Source: Botryllus schlosseri
Lineage: Eukaryota
Assembly: GCA_051294905.1 (NCBI GenBank)
Contig: CM119372.1
Location: forward strand, 30,878,001-30,942,000
DNA length: 64,000 bases
Direction: 5' to 3'
This document shows, piece by piece, positions 13,972 through 27,917 of the stretch. The notes below the pieces were generated by a model that saw only the letters and a program-made list of their open reading frames with translations, did no database searches and was not told where the DNA came from. Position 1 is the first letter of the stretch. Each line of letters opens with the position of its first letter. The position numbers and the translations under genes are program-made.

Positions 13972-14286
13972 CACTGGTTCTCTAACTTTTTTAGACACGC
14001 CCCCCTTTATGACAGTGAAATATTTCGTGTCCCCCTTATCGTCATATCACACAAAGGAACCAGAATGTTAGCAATCCTTACAGATAGTTTGATGGTATGG
14101 AAGGTTATGACTGTTGATGAGAGAATTCTCCAATATGAAATTCCGACTATACACAGAGCAATAATTATAAAATAGAGGTGAATCGCGCCAAGCACGGAAA
14201 AATTTCAGTTTACCGGAGCTTCGCGCCCCCCTTCAGATGCTTTCACGCCGCCCAAGGGGGCACGCCCGCCAGTTTGACAACCACTG
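13972..14286. mobile_element. Short hAT MITE
   Basis: CACTGGTTCTCTAAC...GTTTGACAACCACTG with perfect TSD GTTTAGCC. Confidence 0.8.
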
Positions 14287-16356
14287 GTTTAGCCTATATT
14301 GAAATTCACAAAGTGTTCCGCGTTGCCACTGGAGTATGGGAAACAGTTTAACATGGCTGAATTATCTAGTTATAACGCGGCACGCATAGAACACCGATGT
14401 AAATAGGCTAATTATTACAGGTGGCGACTGTGTACTAAGGCCTTGCGGCCTTGCGGCCCCTCGTCGTCATCCTGGTCCGTACCGGATTTTCACTGGTATG
14501 ACGAATAAATGATTGATTGATTATTTTATGTTGTGATTGTCAGGTTTCCATAACAATGTAATTGAAATTGTAATTGAGCAAATTTTTTATCAAATTACAA
14601 TTACAATCACAATTACACAAAATGTAAATGCTTCAATTACAATTACATGAAAAAATGTAATTAATTACATTCAGCTCAATTACAAATTACAAGTGATCCA
14701 ACTCTGCCCCTGACTGCATTCCTGGCTGTATGAATAGACGTCGTATAGGCCTATATAACTTATATGTATATTGAAAAAGAATGATACTACGGGTAATGTG
14801 ATACCTAAAAAGGTTCTGGTTCGTGCAAACGCGAACCTTTTTGAAAGGTGATATGTGACGTCATATTCTAACGCTACATTTCCGTGAAGTAATTCAGTCA
14901 AATCCGGTTAATTCGGACAGTTTGATTCCACTTACTTTTGGCCGAATTAAGCGGAAAATCGATAGTCGTTCGTAAAGGCAAACAACGCTTTCAAAATACT
15001 GTACTGTGGCGTAATAAATTAATTACATCTGGGTATACTGCTGTGATTGGAATAGATCCTATAAAACGCAAAATAGTTATAATTCAGGTTCGTTGCAGTG
15101 TACAGTATTTTCGATACCATACTATTCAACAAATACTGCATATTGCGATACTACGGTGTAAGACACGCACATACGGTTCAAACAGTACTTTTTGATTTTC
15201 CCACTAGTGCAACTAACCGCTGAACTGTCAGGGATGCGTCTTTATTTTTTCTTCCCTCACTTTAGTGAGCAATTTCGAATTTTCTCCTCAACTTTTTTGT
15301 CCCAATCTTTTTTACAGGATACACGCAATTGGACCCAATCAAAAGCTAGCACGGGTTCGTGACCTTCAAAATTTCCTGCAAACATTGTGACGAGAGACGC
15401 ACGAGACAACAGAGCCGTGCATTAAAAATGCCAAGACGGGGAAATTTCAGTGACATCAACCCCACTGGATCAATGACTAGGTTTTTCAATGAATCGTGAT
15501 TCATAGAACTGCGTAGCGTGGAGCTGTTGGTTTCATACATGTACTGTACGTACATTTAAGGAAGTTTGTTTTCTTTCGACACAGAATAAATTCCAGGAGA
15601 TTGATATCCAGACACATTTATATTATCTTCTTTTACTTTTCATTCAGTGTGCATGCCCCTTTTTTTATATCGGTTAGGCCAGATGGGTGCCTGATTTCAA
15701 AGACTACTCAAAGTTGTTTCGACACCTTCCTATCTTCCATTGTATCGCAGTCTTGGGGTGTAGCCTATATAAATGATGAAATTATTAGCAATAAATTGAA
15801 TTGAATTGAGATAGAACCGCTGAAAACCACAGATAAAATGTTTCGAGCGACATCTGGAGTCAGTGTTTCCATTTCTCGGAGAATAATGTAACACATGAAC
15901 GATAATCAACTATATATCCCTTAACTCAGCGTGCCGGATCAATATATCTTGTGTGACTGCGTTGTTATAATCCGAATAAACAGATCGGTTATCATATCCG
16001 CATCACGCCACTTTATTGGTCGGCTATTCTTCTTACTACCACTAGCACTAGCAGTGAACTGAACATAGAATTGCCAGCAACGTTGCAGCATAACCTATTT
16101 TGCACTTTACGCGGTCTGTATAAACCTGGCTCTATCACGCGTTCATTAGGGACTCGTGAAACTCTCACAAGTTGCTTCCTGAAAAACTATATATGTATCC
16201 TAATCGTGAAATTTGATAGGCACGAGTCGCACGAGCAGTTATTTTAGATATAGGCTACGCAACCTCCTGCCTCTAGTCTGCATTGCAATTGCGCGATTAG
16301 GATGATTGATGTCGACCCGGTTGTCTAATTGGAACTTTTAGACTCATCATGTAGGT

Positions 16357-19300
16357 CAGGGGTGGGCAACCTGCGGCCGTAGAAGGAAATTTGTGCGGCC
16401 GTGACGCGCAAGCCCAATTTAATTAGTTTGTGTTGGCGGCCGTCGACAGGCAAATTAAATTTACGAATTGACTCCCGAATTTTGAGAGATTATACTTAAT
16501 CTTGAAATTTTTTTCGCGCTGTGCGCGATTCAATGCTATACTTCATTTTTTGATTTTAATATAGTAGCGCCCTTTGCAATGTGTACAGATGCGAACAGCA
16601 GAGGGAAACGATGCGCCTCATTTAGAAATACTAACTTGGAATCGTGTGCTTCTCACGAAAGGAATTTGTTTGTGGTACGTTTAGGCGATTCCAATATATT
16701 TCCACTATAGCCTACCGACACTCCCGAAGGGAGATCAAGAAATAACAGCATGCAACAAAGTGACAAGTAACAATTGGCCCACCCGAAGATGCATCATCAT
16801 GTGCAATTTGCTCTAAATTTTCGAACACACTACCGCCATCAACTCCACCGGTGAATCTGATCGCGTGGGCTGATAAAGGATAAACATTTGATGGTAATAC
16901 GTGAAACCAGGGCTGTGGAGTCGGTAAACTTACCACCGACTCCAACTCCGACTCCGACTCACCACATTTTCAATGGACCGACTCCGGCTCTGACTCCGAC
17001 TCCTGAGTCTTTAAACCTATCGACTCCGACAGTATTAGCAATTTACTTCGAAAATTATATGCCACAGTGACGGTTAAATGACTGTCATATTACCATTAAA
17101 CACAGGACCGTAATTGCCGCACCACAAACCCCCCAATTAGGGGGGGGGCGAGCTCGAAGGGTTACTAAAATTATTTCGTGAATTAGCATAAATTATAGAG
17201 TATTTTTTAAAAATTTATGAAACTTTTTAAAATAATTTTCGCGCTGGGCGCGATTTCAATTTGCCAAGTATCTTGATTTTGTGGTAGGCTACTCTTACCC
17301 CAAGAACACATACGCAAGATTTATAGAAATGGGCATATCGGCATTGGCCATTACCGGGCCACAATGCACCAAGACATATGAAGTTTCAGGCCATGTAACA
17401 AGCAACTCCAAGAAGTGTACCGGAACGATCGACAGCGAGAAAACCTTGGCCGAAAAGGACTGCCCTTATGCTGACCGAAAACTTCGTTATAGACACAAAA
17501 TACATATAGGTTTAATTAGGCACCTAAATGACTGGCGTCGATGTTCCTGTCTTGGCAATCTGAACCTCACAAGACTAATACAATCCCGCCGGGAAAAATT
17601 ATATGCCAGTGAAGAAATACCAATTTGAAATCGTGTGTGTCTTTTAGTTTAGTAGCCTACGTTTGGGCGATTCTATATTTTTGATATGGCAGACAGGAGG
17701 TCACGAAATAACATCATGTCACGGGGTCATACCAACGGGCTACCTACCTACAGTTTCCATAACACCTCACTCAGCTCTACCGGTAACTCTGATTACGTGA
17801 GCAGAAAGGACAAGAAATTGATAGCAATATATATGCAATTCCCGATCTTATTGACCGATTTTATCATGAATTATCGAAAATTTTCGCGCTTGGCGCTGGC
17901 TCATTAAACAGTAGCCCTACGTCTAATTACGTGGCAAAAGCGAGCAACGTGATTGGGGGTAGGTTTATCACCCTATATGGGAGCCCAAGACCCAAGTTTT
18001 TTTTTTGGTGGGGGGGGGGGCTGACGGAGTACTGTTTCGTTCCTGCCAACGGGTATACGCCCCAAGATGTTTAATTGTTATTGAGGGGTCCTACCTTTTT
18101 CAAACACACCTCACTCAGCTCTAACGGTAAATCTGATTACGTGAGCAGAGAGAGGATAAAAATTGATAGCAGTAGGCTATGTATGCAATTCCCGATGATA
18201 TTGACCGATTCAATCATGAATTATAGAATTTTTTCGCGCTTTTTCGCGTGCAAGCGAGATAAGCTGACTCAGCTAACGGCCTTACTATCACTCGCCTTTC
18301 TAAATATCCTTCCTTTTTCATATTTTATCAGTTTTATAATATGGTCTCTCTGATAACCTATCATGTATGAATCATTCAAGCACGACATAGATCCCATCCT
18401 GTATCATTAAAATATAGATAAAACAATCGAAGTGTCGCTCTTGTGTATGAGTCAGCAACTAATACCGAGATGCATCTTACTAATTTTCTCATTACACACT
18501 GTACTGATTACAAGCACACGCACTCTCAGTACTAATAGACATTGGTCATTAACGAAATTTAGGAAGTAGTCAAATAGCATATGTTTAGTCTACATGCACT
18601 TAGTCAATGTTCAATGACTAGGTCTAGGACTTGCAATCTTTCGACCCAAGCCGCTAAGCTACACATCAAATATTTTTTAATTTTGTCAAGCGGGAAGTAG
18701 CGTTTGGTTATATTTACATCAATTTTACAACCAGGCGATATATTTGCTCTGTCACAATACCATGGTATAATTCCAAAAATTGCATCAACTAGTGACTGCA
18801 TCGTGGCGAATATGCATATTGCTTCTTCATCTATGCAACTGAATTGTAATTTGCAAATAATGTCCAATTTTATCTATGTCAGGGGTGGCCAACCTTTTCG
18901 GCCAAAGGGTCACATGAGAATTGCGAACCATTGCACGGAATGTTGATAACCTTTTTTAGTCGTCCGATAGGAACGAACCGAATTAGTAAATATTGAAAAC
19001 AAGACTTATATGACTATACTTTAAAATTGATAACAATTATGTCATGAAAACTCCGTGTGCAACTGTACAGTGTGCACTGTGCAGTGTGCAGTCATGCCTC
19101 GGTCGCGCGAAGCACGAAATTTTTTCAAAGGTAACGAATGAATTCGATCTATAAATATATATTACTTGCATGTATTGGGGGTCGCCTCTGTATAGCAATG
19201 GGCTCATTTGGCAAGGACAGGATTATTTGGCGTTTTAGACATAGCAATATCGACGGTTTCGGTGAACATGCCTCTGTCATTTTGTGCAAATTTTTCATCG

Positions 19301-20320
19301 CTGACGATCTCGCATCGAGCGCACAAGCGACGTCGCATGTTGGACGACACGTTATCACCTGATTGCGAGTATAGGTGGACTCAATTCTGTAAATTACGCG
19401 TATTTATAATTTCCAAGAGGGGTTCCAATACTAAATGCAAGAAATGTAACAATAAATCATGCGAAATGCTAGAAAAATTTCAAGTCAAATACATCTGCTA
19501 CGGAATATTCTACTTTATGGCCTGCTGGCCAGTGGCCATATACGAAGGTATGCGATGAATGTGGCTGGCCCCTGGTTACGCCAATGCGTCGAAATTGATG
19601 TTTTGGTCATCATCAACTTTCGCGGTCAGGCTCATCAAATTTTGGTTGGCCTTGCAGTTTTACCTGATGCTATATCTAATTTCGAGAATTACGTCGCAGG
19701 CCACACAAAACCTTCTCGCGGGCCACATTTGGCCTGCGGGGCACGGTTTGGCCGCCCCCGATCTGTATCGTTACTAATAACAGTGATTAATGGTACATAA
19801 AAAGTTGTCACTGTTAGTAATTCAACGATACCTTTGAGAGCAATTGTTTCCATGATAAAGAAGTCGGAGTCGGAGTCAAAGTCAGGGTCATTTTCACAAA
19901 CTCCGACTCCAGTCAGTATTTTTTCCACGACTCCGACTCCAGACAGTTTTCACGATTCCGACTCCATCAAGCGAAAATTAGCCAAGCTCCGACTCCGACT
20001 CCACAGCCCTGCATGAAACTACTAATAATAATGACGAAATACATATGTGATTTTCAAAAATTTTGCGCGCTTGGCACGACCATATATCTTATCCCAGTCA
20101 TTATTCAAAACATGGGCACTGCTCGCTATTTTCGTGGGTAGGCTATAGTAAGCCGATATGAGAATGTAGGTTAGTCCAGAGTTAATCGGAAAGGGACAAC
20201 TAAACATGGGTATTTGGCGCCTAGTTACCTCATTACGGCTTATGCACTGGAATGCGGCCGTAGGCTACATAAGTAATCGAAATGCGTCCGTGAATAGCAA
20301 AAAAACTGTTTCCTCGACTC
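16357..20320. mobile_element. hAT-Charlie-like MITE (same family as ~12617-13383 and ~9640-9870) carrying nested insertions
   Basis: CAGGGGTGGGCAACC start. 16420-16900 and 20015-20300 align collinearly with 12640-13380. Right end degenerate and approximate. Confidence 0.7.
16908..20011. mobile_element. hAT element with (CGACTC)n subterminal repeats
   Basis: TIRs CAGGGCTGTGGAGTCGG/CCGACTCCACAGCCCTG, TSD CGTGAAAC/CATGAAAC. Contains a further MITE at 18880-19760 (CAGGGGTGGCCAACC...GGTTTGGCCGCCCCCG). Confidence 0.85.
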
Positions 20321-23001
20321 TGCATAATAATTATGTAGGCCTGAAACGACGCTCATAGTATCCTCCACGACGACCTCACCAAACAAACTCTGCTGGTTTG
20401 CGATTTTCGTAAATCAAGAGTGCCGAAGGAGTAAATGCACACTCAAACACTGATAAAATGGATATTGTTGGAACCGCTGCTGTACGGTAAGCGAGCTAGC
20501 TAACGTGATCTTAAATACCGAATACGCTCATCTCTACTGCCGGTAGCAACTACAAATTTACAATTAAGTTTACGCAGCTAACTTCACCAAAATCCCTCGC
20601 CCAGACGAGAGTGGACATAAAAAAAGAAGCAAACCATCAGTCTTAAGTACAGAGGTCTGCAACGAGTACTTCTATTTCAAAGTAATCAAATCGGCGTGAC
20701 CTACTCTTTCAAGTCGTTATGTTTTAAACTTGTTGCGGAGATAATCTTGCAATCTCTACGGTCGCATCCGATTATAACTGCAAATTATGCGAACACACGT
20801 GCAAATGTGCCTTTCGAACCTACCTGAACACTTCGACACTTACTATACAACTGCAACTGTCTGTAACATTTGCAATGCACACCGAGACATTTCCATGATG
20901 AAACTTGTTTTTTTTTTGTAAAAAGGGTGATCGGAGTTTTTAATTCTGTATCAGAAATTACACTGTCACGAAAAAAATCAACTTGCTCAATAAAACGCTG
21001 CGATTCAATTAGATACACATTATCCTCGCAGTAATGATTTTAGTCAGAAACGCAGGCTGTATGAGGTTGTAGTGCGAAATACTGCCTCTGACACAACTCG
21101 AAATGACCAGTCACGTATACTCAATACTCATATAGGATAGGATCAATCAGTCTGTGGCTAAGCCGTTGCATACCTAACAAGCATAAGCGGCAGTCCACAG
21201 ACACGATGGTGCTAGCAATAAGGAAAAAATAGTTCGAACTCAAAGTATTTGGTATATTCAAGATAAACTGTGAGACTGTCCCAATTGCGACAGTACGCGA
21301 ACTGTTTACAGATTTAATAGATCAATCTTAATCTGACCGTCAACCACTTAAGTGTCATCGGAAAAATCCTATCAACAAGAGGCTAGAATTTTTAAAAAAT
21401 GTCTTCGCCTGTGTGTGGGGTTGCACTATGACGCCACAAAGTGAAATAAAAACCGCGGGAGCGTCTCGGCCTAGAGGTCGATGGTCCTGGTGGAAAATAT
21501 CGAATTATGACTGCCGAGAGTAGGAGCTGTGCTTCAGACTGTACATTGGAAACATGATAAAGGATTTCATCTCTGAATAGGACGAAATAAAAAGAGCCCA
21601 GCGAACAGAGACGCGTCGTTTCGCGTTCACAAACTCATCCAAGTGGCGCGTAGCAAGTAAATGAAATTTAGGCCTCCTGATGGAACGGCAAATTCGCCAT
21701 TACAGCCGGCAAAATCACATCTCGATGCATCAAAATTTGGGAGACATCGAATATAACGTTGTTAACGAGGCGGATAATGAAAAACTTTGAAACCAATGTT
21801 AGAGAGTGGGCGCAATGATTCGATTCCAGTTTTGATTCAAATGATTCCAGTCGGACAGTGTGAGCCAATTGGTTTTCAAGTACTGAATTTATATTCCTCT
21901 TCCGACTGAGATTCAATATTTCAAAGAGAATCATCACACCACACAGCATCCAAAATATGAGGCGAAGAGCTACACATGCACGTAAATACGGCATTTCTTA
22001 GAAGTAGAAGCTGTGATCGACCTGCAACATTGTCACAATGCGTCATCTTCTATTTATGGTAGACACATTGGTAATTATTTGTGATCAATATTCCATGTTT
22101 CATCTTGTCAAATTTTTTCTGTTGATAAGACATCGCGACAAGCGAGAACTCAACTCAAAGATTAGTACACGATTAGTACACTTTGCCAAGCCCTAGTTGT
22201 TTGTCAATGACATCCGATATCGAATAAAATCAATGGAAACTAAGCAGACGATAGCATCTTGTCGGAATTAAAGATTTACTGAATGCGCTTCAAGAATTGC
22301 GCGTAGAGGCACTGAAACTAAAATGCTCTTAACTGAGTCAAATCAAAGGTACAAGTGAAACTAGTACTATGATCATTCCCATCATCATTGGTTGCTTGAA
22401 GACTCGTAAATAGGGCTGGGCGAAATTGAGTACCAGACAAATACGAGTCGAGTATGAAACTAGAAGTCCAATCGAGCACCACGTATGATGACTTCAATTA
22501 TGTACAAATTCGAAGCCACAAGGACAATAACGACGGTTACACATCAATGAAAATGATCATTCCATCGCCCATTGTGAACATGCTGCTGGTTGGTCGAAGA
22601 AATATGTCTTTTACATGAATATTCGTAGCTCTACGTTAAATATTTTGAACGCTGTGACACGACCAGGCGACGTTCCGAAAGACAAAAGAACTCAGTGGAC
22701 ACATACGCAATCGAGCAAGCCACACTCGAGCATATGCCTGTACCAGCTAGGGTCGAGTTTAGGGTTAGTGTGGTGTTCGGTTAAGGTTTATTTCGGGGCT
22801 AGCATTGGAATGGGGGTTACTATTGGTGTTGTAAAGTCACATGCTCAAATGCCGGGCAACCATTAGCGACAAGGAATTTGTCGATCCAAATAAATGACTC
22901 ACTTTTCAACTCGAATTCGACTACTCGTGCACCTCCGCAGCCAGCCCTACTCATAATAGGCTAAAACTTGAAAAACAACCGCGGCAGACAGCGAAAAAAA
23001 A

Positions 23002-24752
23002 TCACACAACAGAAGGAGGCTCCTCTTTGACAGGGTTCGAATCTGACTGGTCCTGACTCTTAGGGGCGGGCGCAACCCCATTCGGAACCGGGTGATGGTC
23101 ACCCGACCCGTGATGCCTGTCCGGGTCTATCGCGGCGGACCGCGCCATCACAGACTGCGTTGTCAAGCCCGGGTACATCATCATCTGCTGGGTCGCGTTT
23201 GTGCCCAAAAAAGCCTGCGTCATGAGAGGGTGATGGGCGAAGGTCACGTTTGTGCTCGAAGGCCACGCCGCGGACACGCTGTTAGCCGTACCGCGTTCAC
23301 TGTCAGACGGCTGGGTCAGTACAGACGGCTGCACCAAAGGCAGGCCTGGGTAAAGCCCCAACCCGCCTAGTACCTGTTGCGATTTTGCGTCGCCTCGACC
23401 AGGCACAAACATGGACTGGGCGGCCAGCATGGCCTTGTATTGAGCCAGGAAAGCGGCGGAAGGGTCAGGAAATTGCAAGCCCGAGATGATCGGGTTCATC
23501 GATTTCGTAGCGTCCGAATTCTCGCTGATTTTCGGCACCTCGTCAGTCATGGTCCGGCACTGTTGCTGGGCCAGCATGGTTTTATAAATCATAGCCTGCT
23601 CGGCGAGTATAGCCTGTTGCTGCGCCAGGGCTGCTCCTGCACCGGGAAGGTGCTGAAAGTGCGGGTTCACTAGGTACGCGGCAGGGTCGGCCATTAACGG
23701 CACCTGGGGCTGCATGAGAGACCGCGTCAGGCTGGAAAAGGCCGCTTGCGGCCCGTTGACTGGCGGCAGTTGCAGTTCGGGCTTGCTGTCAGGCAGGGAC
23801 AATATATTCGCAGGCCCCTCGCCGGATTTGGTAGCGTTTTCGTAGTGTTCAGTCGATTCTCCGTTCACCGTAGTTTCGCGTTCGTCAATCGCTGAGTCCT
23901 CTTCCACCGCCTCAACTTTAACTTGGACTGAATTCATACTTTCGTCACTGGCAGAGATCGGTGCGTTTTCATTATCCGCGGGGTCACTGGTTACTTCTGC
24001 ATTTTCGTCATCGGCGACCGCAGACACTTCCTCTTTAACGGGAACGTCTATCTCCACATTCTCTTCCACTATTTGAATCTCCTCCTCCATCGTCTCCTCG
24101 TAATCTAAACTGTCGTCGTGTTCGAAAATATCAGCCCCCGTATCTACAGACGCGACAGAACTTTTCAGGCCCATGTCAACGTCATCTGTCCTATCGTTTA
24201 CTGCCGTGTCATCGTCACTACCGTTGTCTATGACTTTGTACATTTCGCCATCGTTCATGGGGTCGATTTCACCTTCCGCGGACCCCGGGTTTAGGTCGAC
24301 ATCGGCAGTTTGACCCGCGTATCGTTCTGGGGTCATGTCAGGCGACGATTCTTGGGACTCGTCGATGATTTCGTGTTCTGAATAAGTCGAGACCTCGCTC
24401 TCCCCAAGGTTTTCGCCGCCCGCTTCCATTGTTTGGTCGGTATCGATTCTATCGTTCGCGTCGCGGTTATTTTCCTCGTTTACCGGCGATACCGGCAGTT
24501 CCGAGTCTACGTTCGTACCCACCTCGACTTTGACGACATTGCGTTCAGTTTTCTCGGCGGTACCTAAAACCTTATCGGCAGCGTAGCCGCTGTCTTCCTT
24601 AGTCCGTTGTTTGTTGTCGCGGGCATTTTGCGCCTGTTTTTTGTAGTGTTCGGCGTCTTTGCGCGATTCGTTGAGCTGCTGTTGGAGGAGTTGGATCGTG
24701 CTCTGCATGCCTTCGACCTCTTCGTCGAGTTGGATCACGAATTCGTTCAGCT
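23002..24752 (-). CDS. WTAP: WTAP last coding exon with long low-complexity tail
   Basis: ttcccag|..LNEFVIQLDEEVEGMQSTIQLLQQQL, open to the stop at 23002. The five exons total 2337 nt (778 aa) with consistent phases. Confidence 0.93.
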
Positions 24753-24894
24753 CTGGGAAGAAAACGATTAAGATTCCATTACCGCGTTCTTCACAATATT
24801 GTGGCAAACAAAAAACGAACGTTGATATATTGCAAGGCTGTGGAGTGTGAGTCTTGATAGCTTTACCGCCGACTCATGATATTTTCAAGACTTA

Positions 24895-25569
24895 GGGCGG
24901 AGATAATAAAGTTGGATTAGCAATAAAGTCGATTATCGCGTTCATCAGGAGTTATCAACTCGGGATTAAGGAAGCCGGTTGATGGCAGCGCATATAGTTA
25001 CTGTTAATATCATGATTTAACGAACCGGAACAAACTATAGATAAAATTATCTATATAAACTGCGTACACCGCGAGGCGTACCATTCCTACACACAAATAT
25101 TTTCGATAATGACCGTGCCGATTGTCTCATAGGTAATGGCTTCACTAAACAATCAACGAATTATGTACCCGCCATTGCAGAGCGATATCAATATTCTATG
25201 ATCCATTTCTTAGCTGTACCGTATGAATTGAACCCGACTTTCATTTCGCGATGATGATAATTCGACCTATTACAGTGGCAGCAGGCTGCTGTTTCATTAA
25301 CAAATTGACAACTGACCGCATATAACGCATTTTCACATTATGATGCAACAGATAACGCCACTTTATTGAAAACTCTGGACACCTCGACTAACCATAGCGC
25401 GTAACCTTTTCCAACTTTATGCGTCACGATTAGCAGTTTTTAATCACATGATTAGCATTCTCCCGGATCAGCTAACTTTATTATCTCCGCCTAAAATGCG
25501 TCCAGATTGGCAGTTTTTAATCACATGATTAGCATTCTTTCGGATCAGCTAACTTTATTATCTCCGCCC
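24895..25569. mobile_element. PIF/Harbinger-like MITE in a WTAP intron, with a tandemly duplicated right end
   Basis: TTA|GGGCGGAGATAATAAAGTT ... AACTTTATTATCTCCGCCC(C)|TTA; ~25428-25492 is repeated at ~25505-25568. Confidence 0.65.
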
Positions 25570-27164
25570 TTAGATGCTGACATTCCTGTAAATCTACTCA
25601 GACAATGATACGTTGACCGCATTTAGATATTATTTCCAAGTAAATCCATGTATTTACGAAGATCCTTCTACGTATTTCTGCAACCGCAACAAAAATTTTA
25701 TAGTGACATTTGAGAGCCTGAAAATTTGGTTCAATTTAAAAGCAGTTGGATATGGAGTCAGAGCATTTCAAGAAACTCTGAACTTCAACCAGTGATGTGT
25801 TTCCCTGACCTTCGAATCCACAACCCTCGTTAGCCTATATGCAATATGCATTTGACGAATTTGGTTAACTGCATTTACTGACGTTCGTTCCTGACCAGTG
25901 AGTCAAAAAGCTTCGAATGGAATAAATTTAGCAGTATGATTATATTATTTGTAGAGGTATTGAATTTTTGTAGCAGAAGCCTAATAAAATACTTTCAAAT
26001 TCAGGCGGAATCCATAACCGAACCTAGCCAATGCCCGGGGGTACCAGGGTTGTGCCCCCTTTTTTACTCACGGGTCGGATACAAATAATGCGATGAAATC
26101 AAGGGTCGCGAATAGACTCTACTAGAAGTTGCAACGAATATCATCTCAGTAAGAAATGTTAACGGCGATGGCGCGTCTTGTCAATAGAAAAATAAGTAGT
26201 ACTTGTAGGCAAATAGTCTTACACCTTATAGTTTTTTTTATCCTTACTTTGTTATGTTTTTATCAATTGGGAGGAAGCGCCAGTTGGTGAAACAAAAACC
26301 AACTACATATCAGGCTTTGATTTCGCATCACCTTCTAAATTCAGTATTGAGGTAAAATCACAGCAGGGAGAATCCTCCATACCTTGCAATGTTTTGTTTT
26401 TCAAAACCCATCAATGTGATTGACGAAGTATGCATAGGATATGGACAGGACATGTCAATAACACCAGAATATAGGCTATACATTCTGTTTGTGCACATGA
26501 ATATTTGAACAAAGATTATTCGATATTTTTCAATTTCACCGACGAGTCTCGCCACGGCCGTCGTCAATTACTATTGAGATGGCATTGTAGAGGCAACTGC
26601 TAGGAAACCAATGCACGGCCGGGCCGCTGTTTCACTGAATGATTTGTATATGGTTCACTATTCAAAAATGGTTGACAATGCACACCCCTGGCACAATGCA
26701 TTAGGTTAGCGAGTCCATTCTTTTATAGATCAATTTGATACATTCATTACTAATAAAAGGATATCACAGTGTGAGCCAGTATCCATTTATATTATTCCGT
26801 CAGTTACTACATACCGCAACCAATATTCAACATTGGAAAGGGAAAAAAAATTTGCTAAATTGATCCACAACACTTCCTGATTGCCACACGGATTTGCGGA
26901 CCTGGATCTTTGGATTGAATTCCCAGATTTGTACAAGAGATCTTGAAAATATTACACGACATTTTAATGAATCTGTGTCATGAGGACAGGAATTATTAAT
27001 GGTAAATCCGAATCTTGTATTGGATTCAAGGCTTGAAACAAACTGCAAAACTGAATTGATTTTACATCAAGCTTGAACCCAAGCCTATATTTAATTCAGT
27101 CGGGACACATAAAATTTCAGAATTATTTGAAATCTCTAGGAAGCCATACTCATACCGGTTAACA

Positions 27165-27613
27165 CAGTGGTTTCCAACCTCTTTCCATTCACATACCATT
27201 TTATGCAGTACTCGCGTGCCACCTACAAGTTGCGTGCGCCAAAGGCGGTCAAAAATGTTTCCACCGTTTTGAGCTGCCGCGGGCCGCAAAACAGAAAATA
27301 AACGGATATTTGAAGGTGCAGTAGCCTATATGATTTATGTAGTGGATCAATTTGGAATTCTTGTGGTCAAATATATTAAAACGGAATTTGGTTAGGTAAG
27401 AATCCCAATGCTCTACGACTAGATCTCTTCCCCGTAGGCTGTCATTGGTTGGATTGCCCCTACCTTACGACGACGACCTTACCATGACGACGACGGAATG
27501 AAAAAACTCAAAATCAACCTCAGTGAACTAATAACTCCCTTCGGTCGAAAAAAAAAGAATCTACTAGCGTACCAACTGGGAGACCTTCGCATACCACCGG
27601 TTGGGAACCACTT
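27165..27613. mobile_element. hAT MITE in WTAP intron
   Basis: CAGTGGTTTCCAACC...GGTTGGGAACCACTT with TSD GGTTAACA. Confidence 0.8.
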
Positions 27614-27752
27614 GGTTAACAGGATATGGACGTCAATGAATTGAATCCATGATTCAGATTCAAATCTGTCAAATAGACTCTCGAATATTTTAGTTAGACC
27701 ACCACAAAAAGGTACGGAGGAGAATCATTTCCAGCACAGCACACAAAACAAC

Positions 27753-27907
27753 CTTCTTGACTTTGCTTTAGATCTTCGCTGTACTTCTTCTGCAGTGCCA
27801 GCTCCGCTTCCAACTGGGCGACTTTGCCCTGGGACAGCTGCTTGCCCAGTTCTTGATTCTCGGCAATCAGAGTTCGGCAACGCGACATCAGCTTTTTCCC
27901 GGTTTGG
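27753..27907 (-). CDS. WTAP: WTAP coding exon 4
   Basis: ttgtag|C QTGKKLMSRCRTLIAENQELGKQLSQGKVAQLEAELALQKKYSEDLKQSQE G|gttgtt. Confidence 0.95.
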
Positions 27908-27917
27908 CTACAAGAAA

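Larger units (their letters stand above)
11504..14706 (-). mobile_element. hAT element with (AATTAC)n subterminal repeats, BED-finger remnant and nested insertions
   Basis: TIRs CAGAGTTGGATCA/TGATCCAACTCTG, perfect TSD CCCCTGAC. ORF 13763-13957(-) contains ACCNNCKKTFKFPTKASSNLITHLLR (zf-BED-like). Confidence 0.85.

Noticed and set aside
21668..21994. 108-aa ORF with an N-terminal hydrophobic stretch
   Set aside because: No recognisable domain or linked exons; may lie in the WTAP 3' UTR.
24753..24807. N-terminus of the listed 601-aa ORF
   Set aside because: Intron read-through; the exon begins at the acceptor at 24752.
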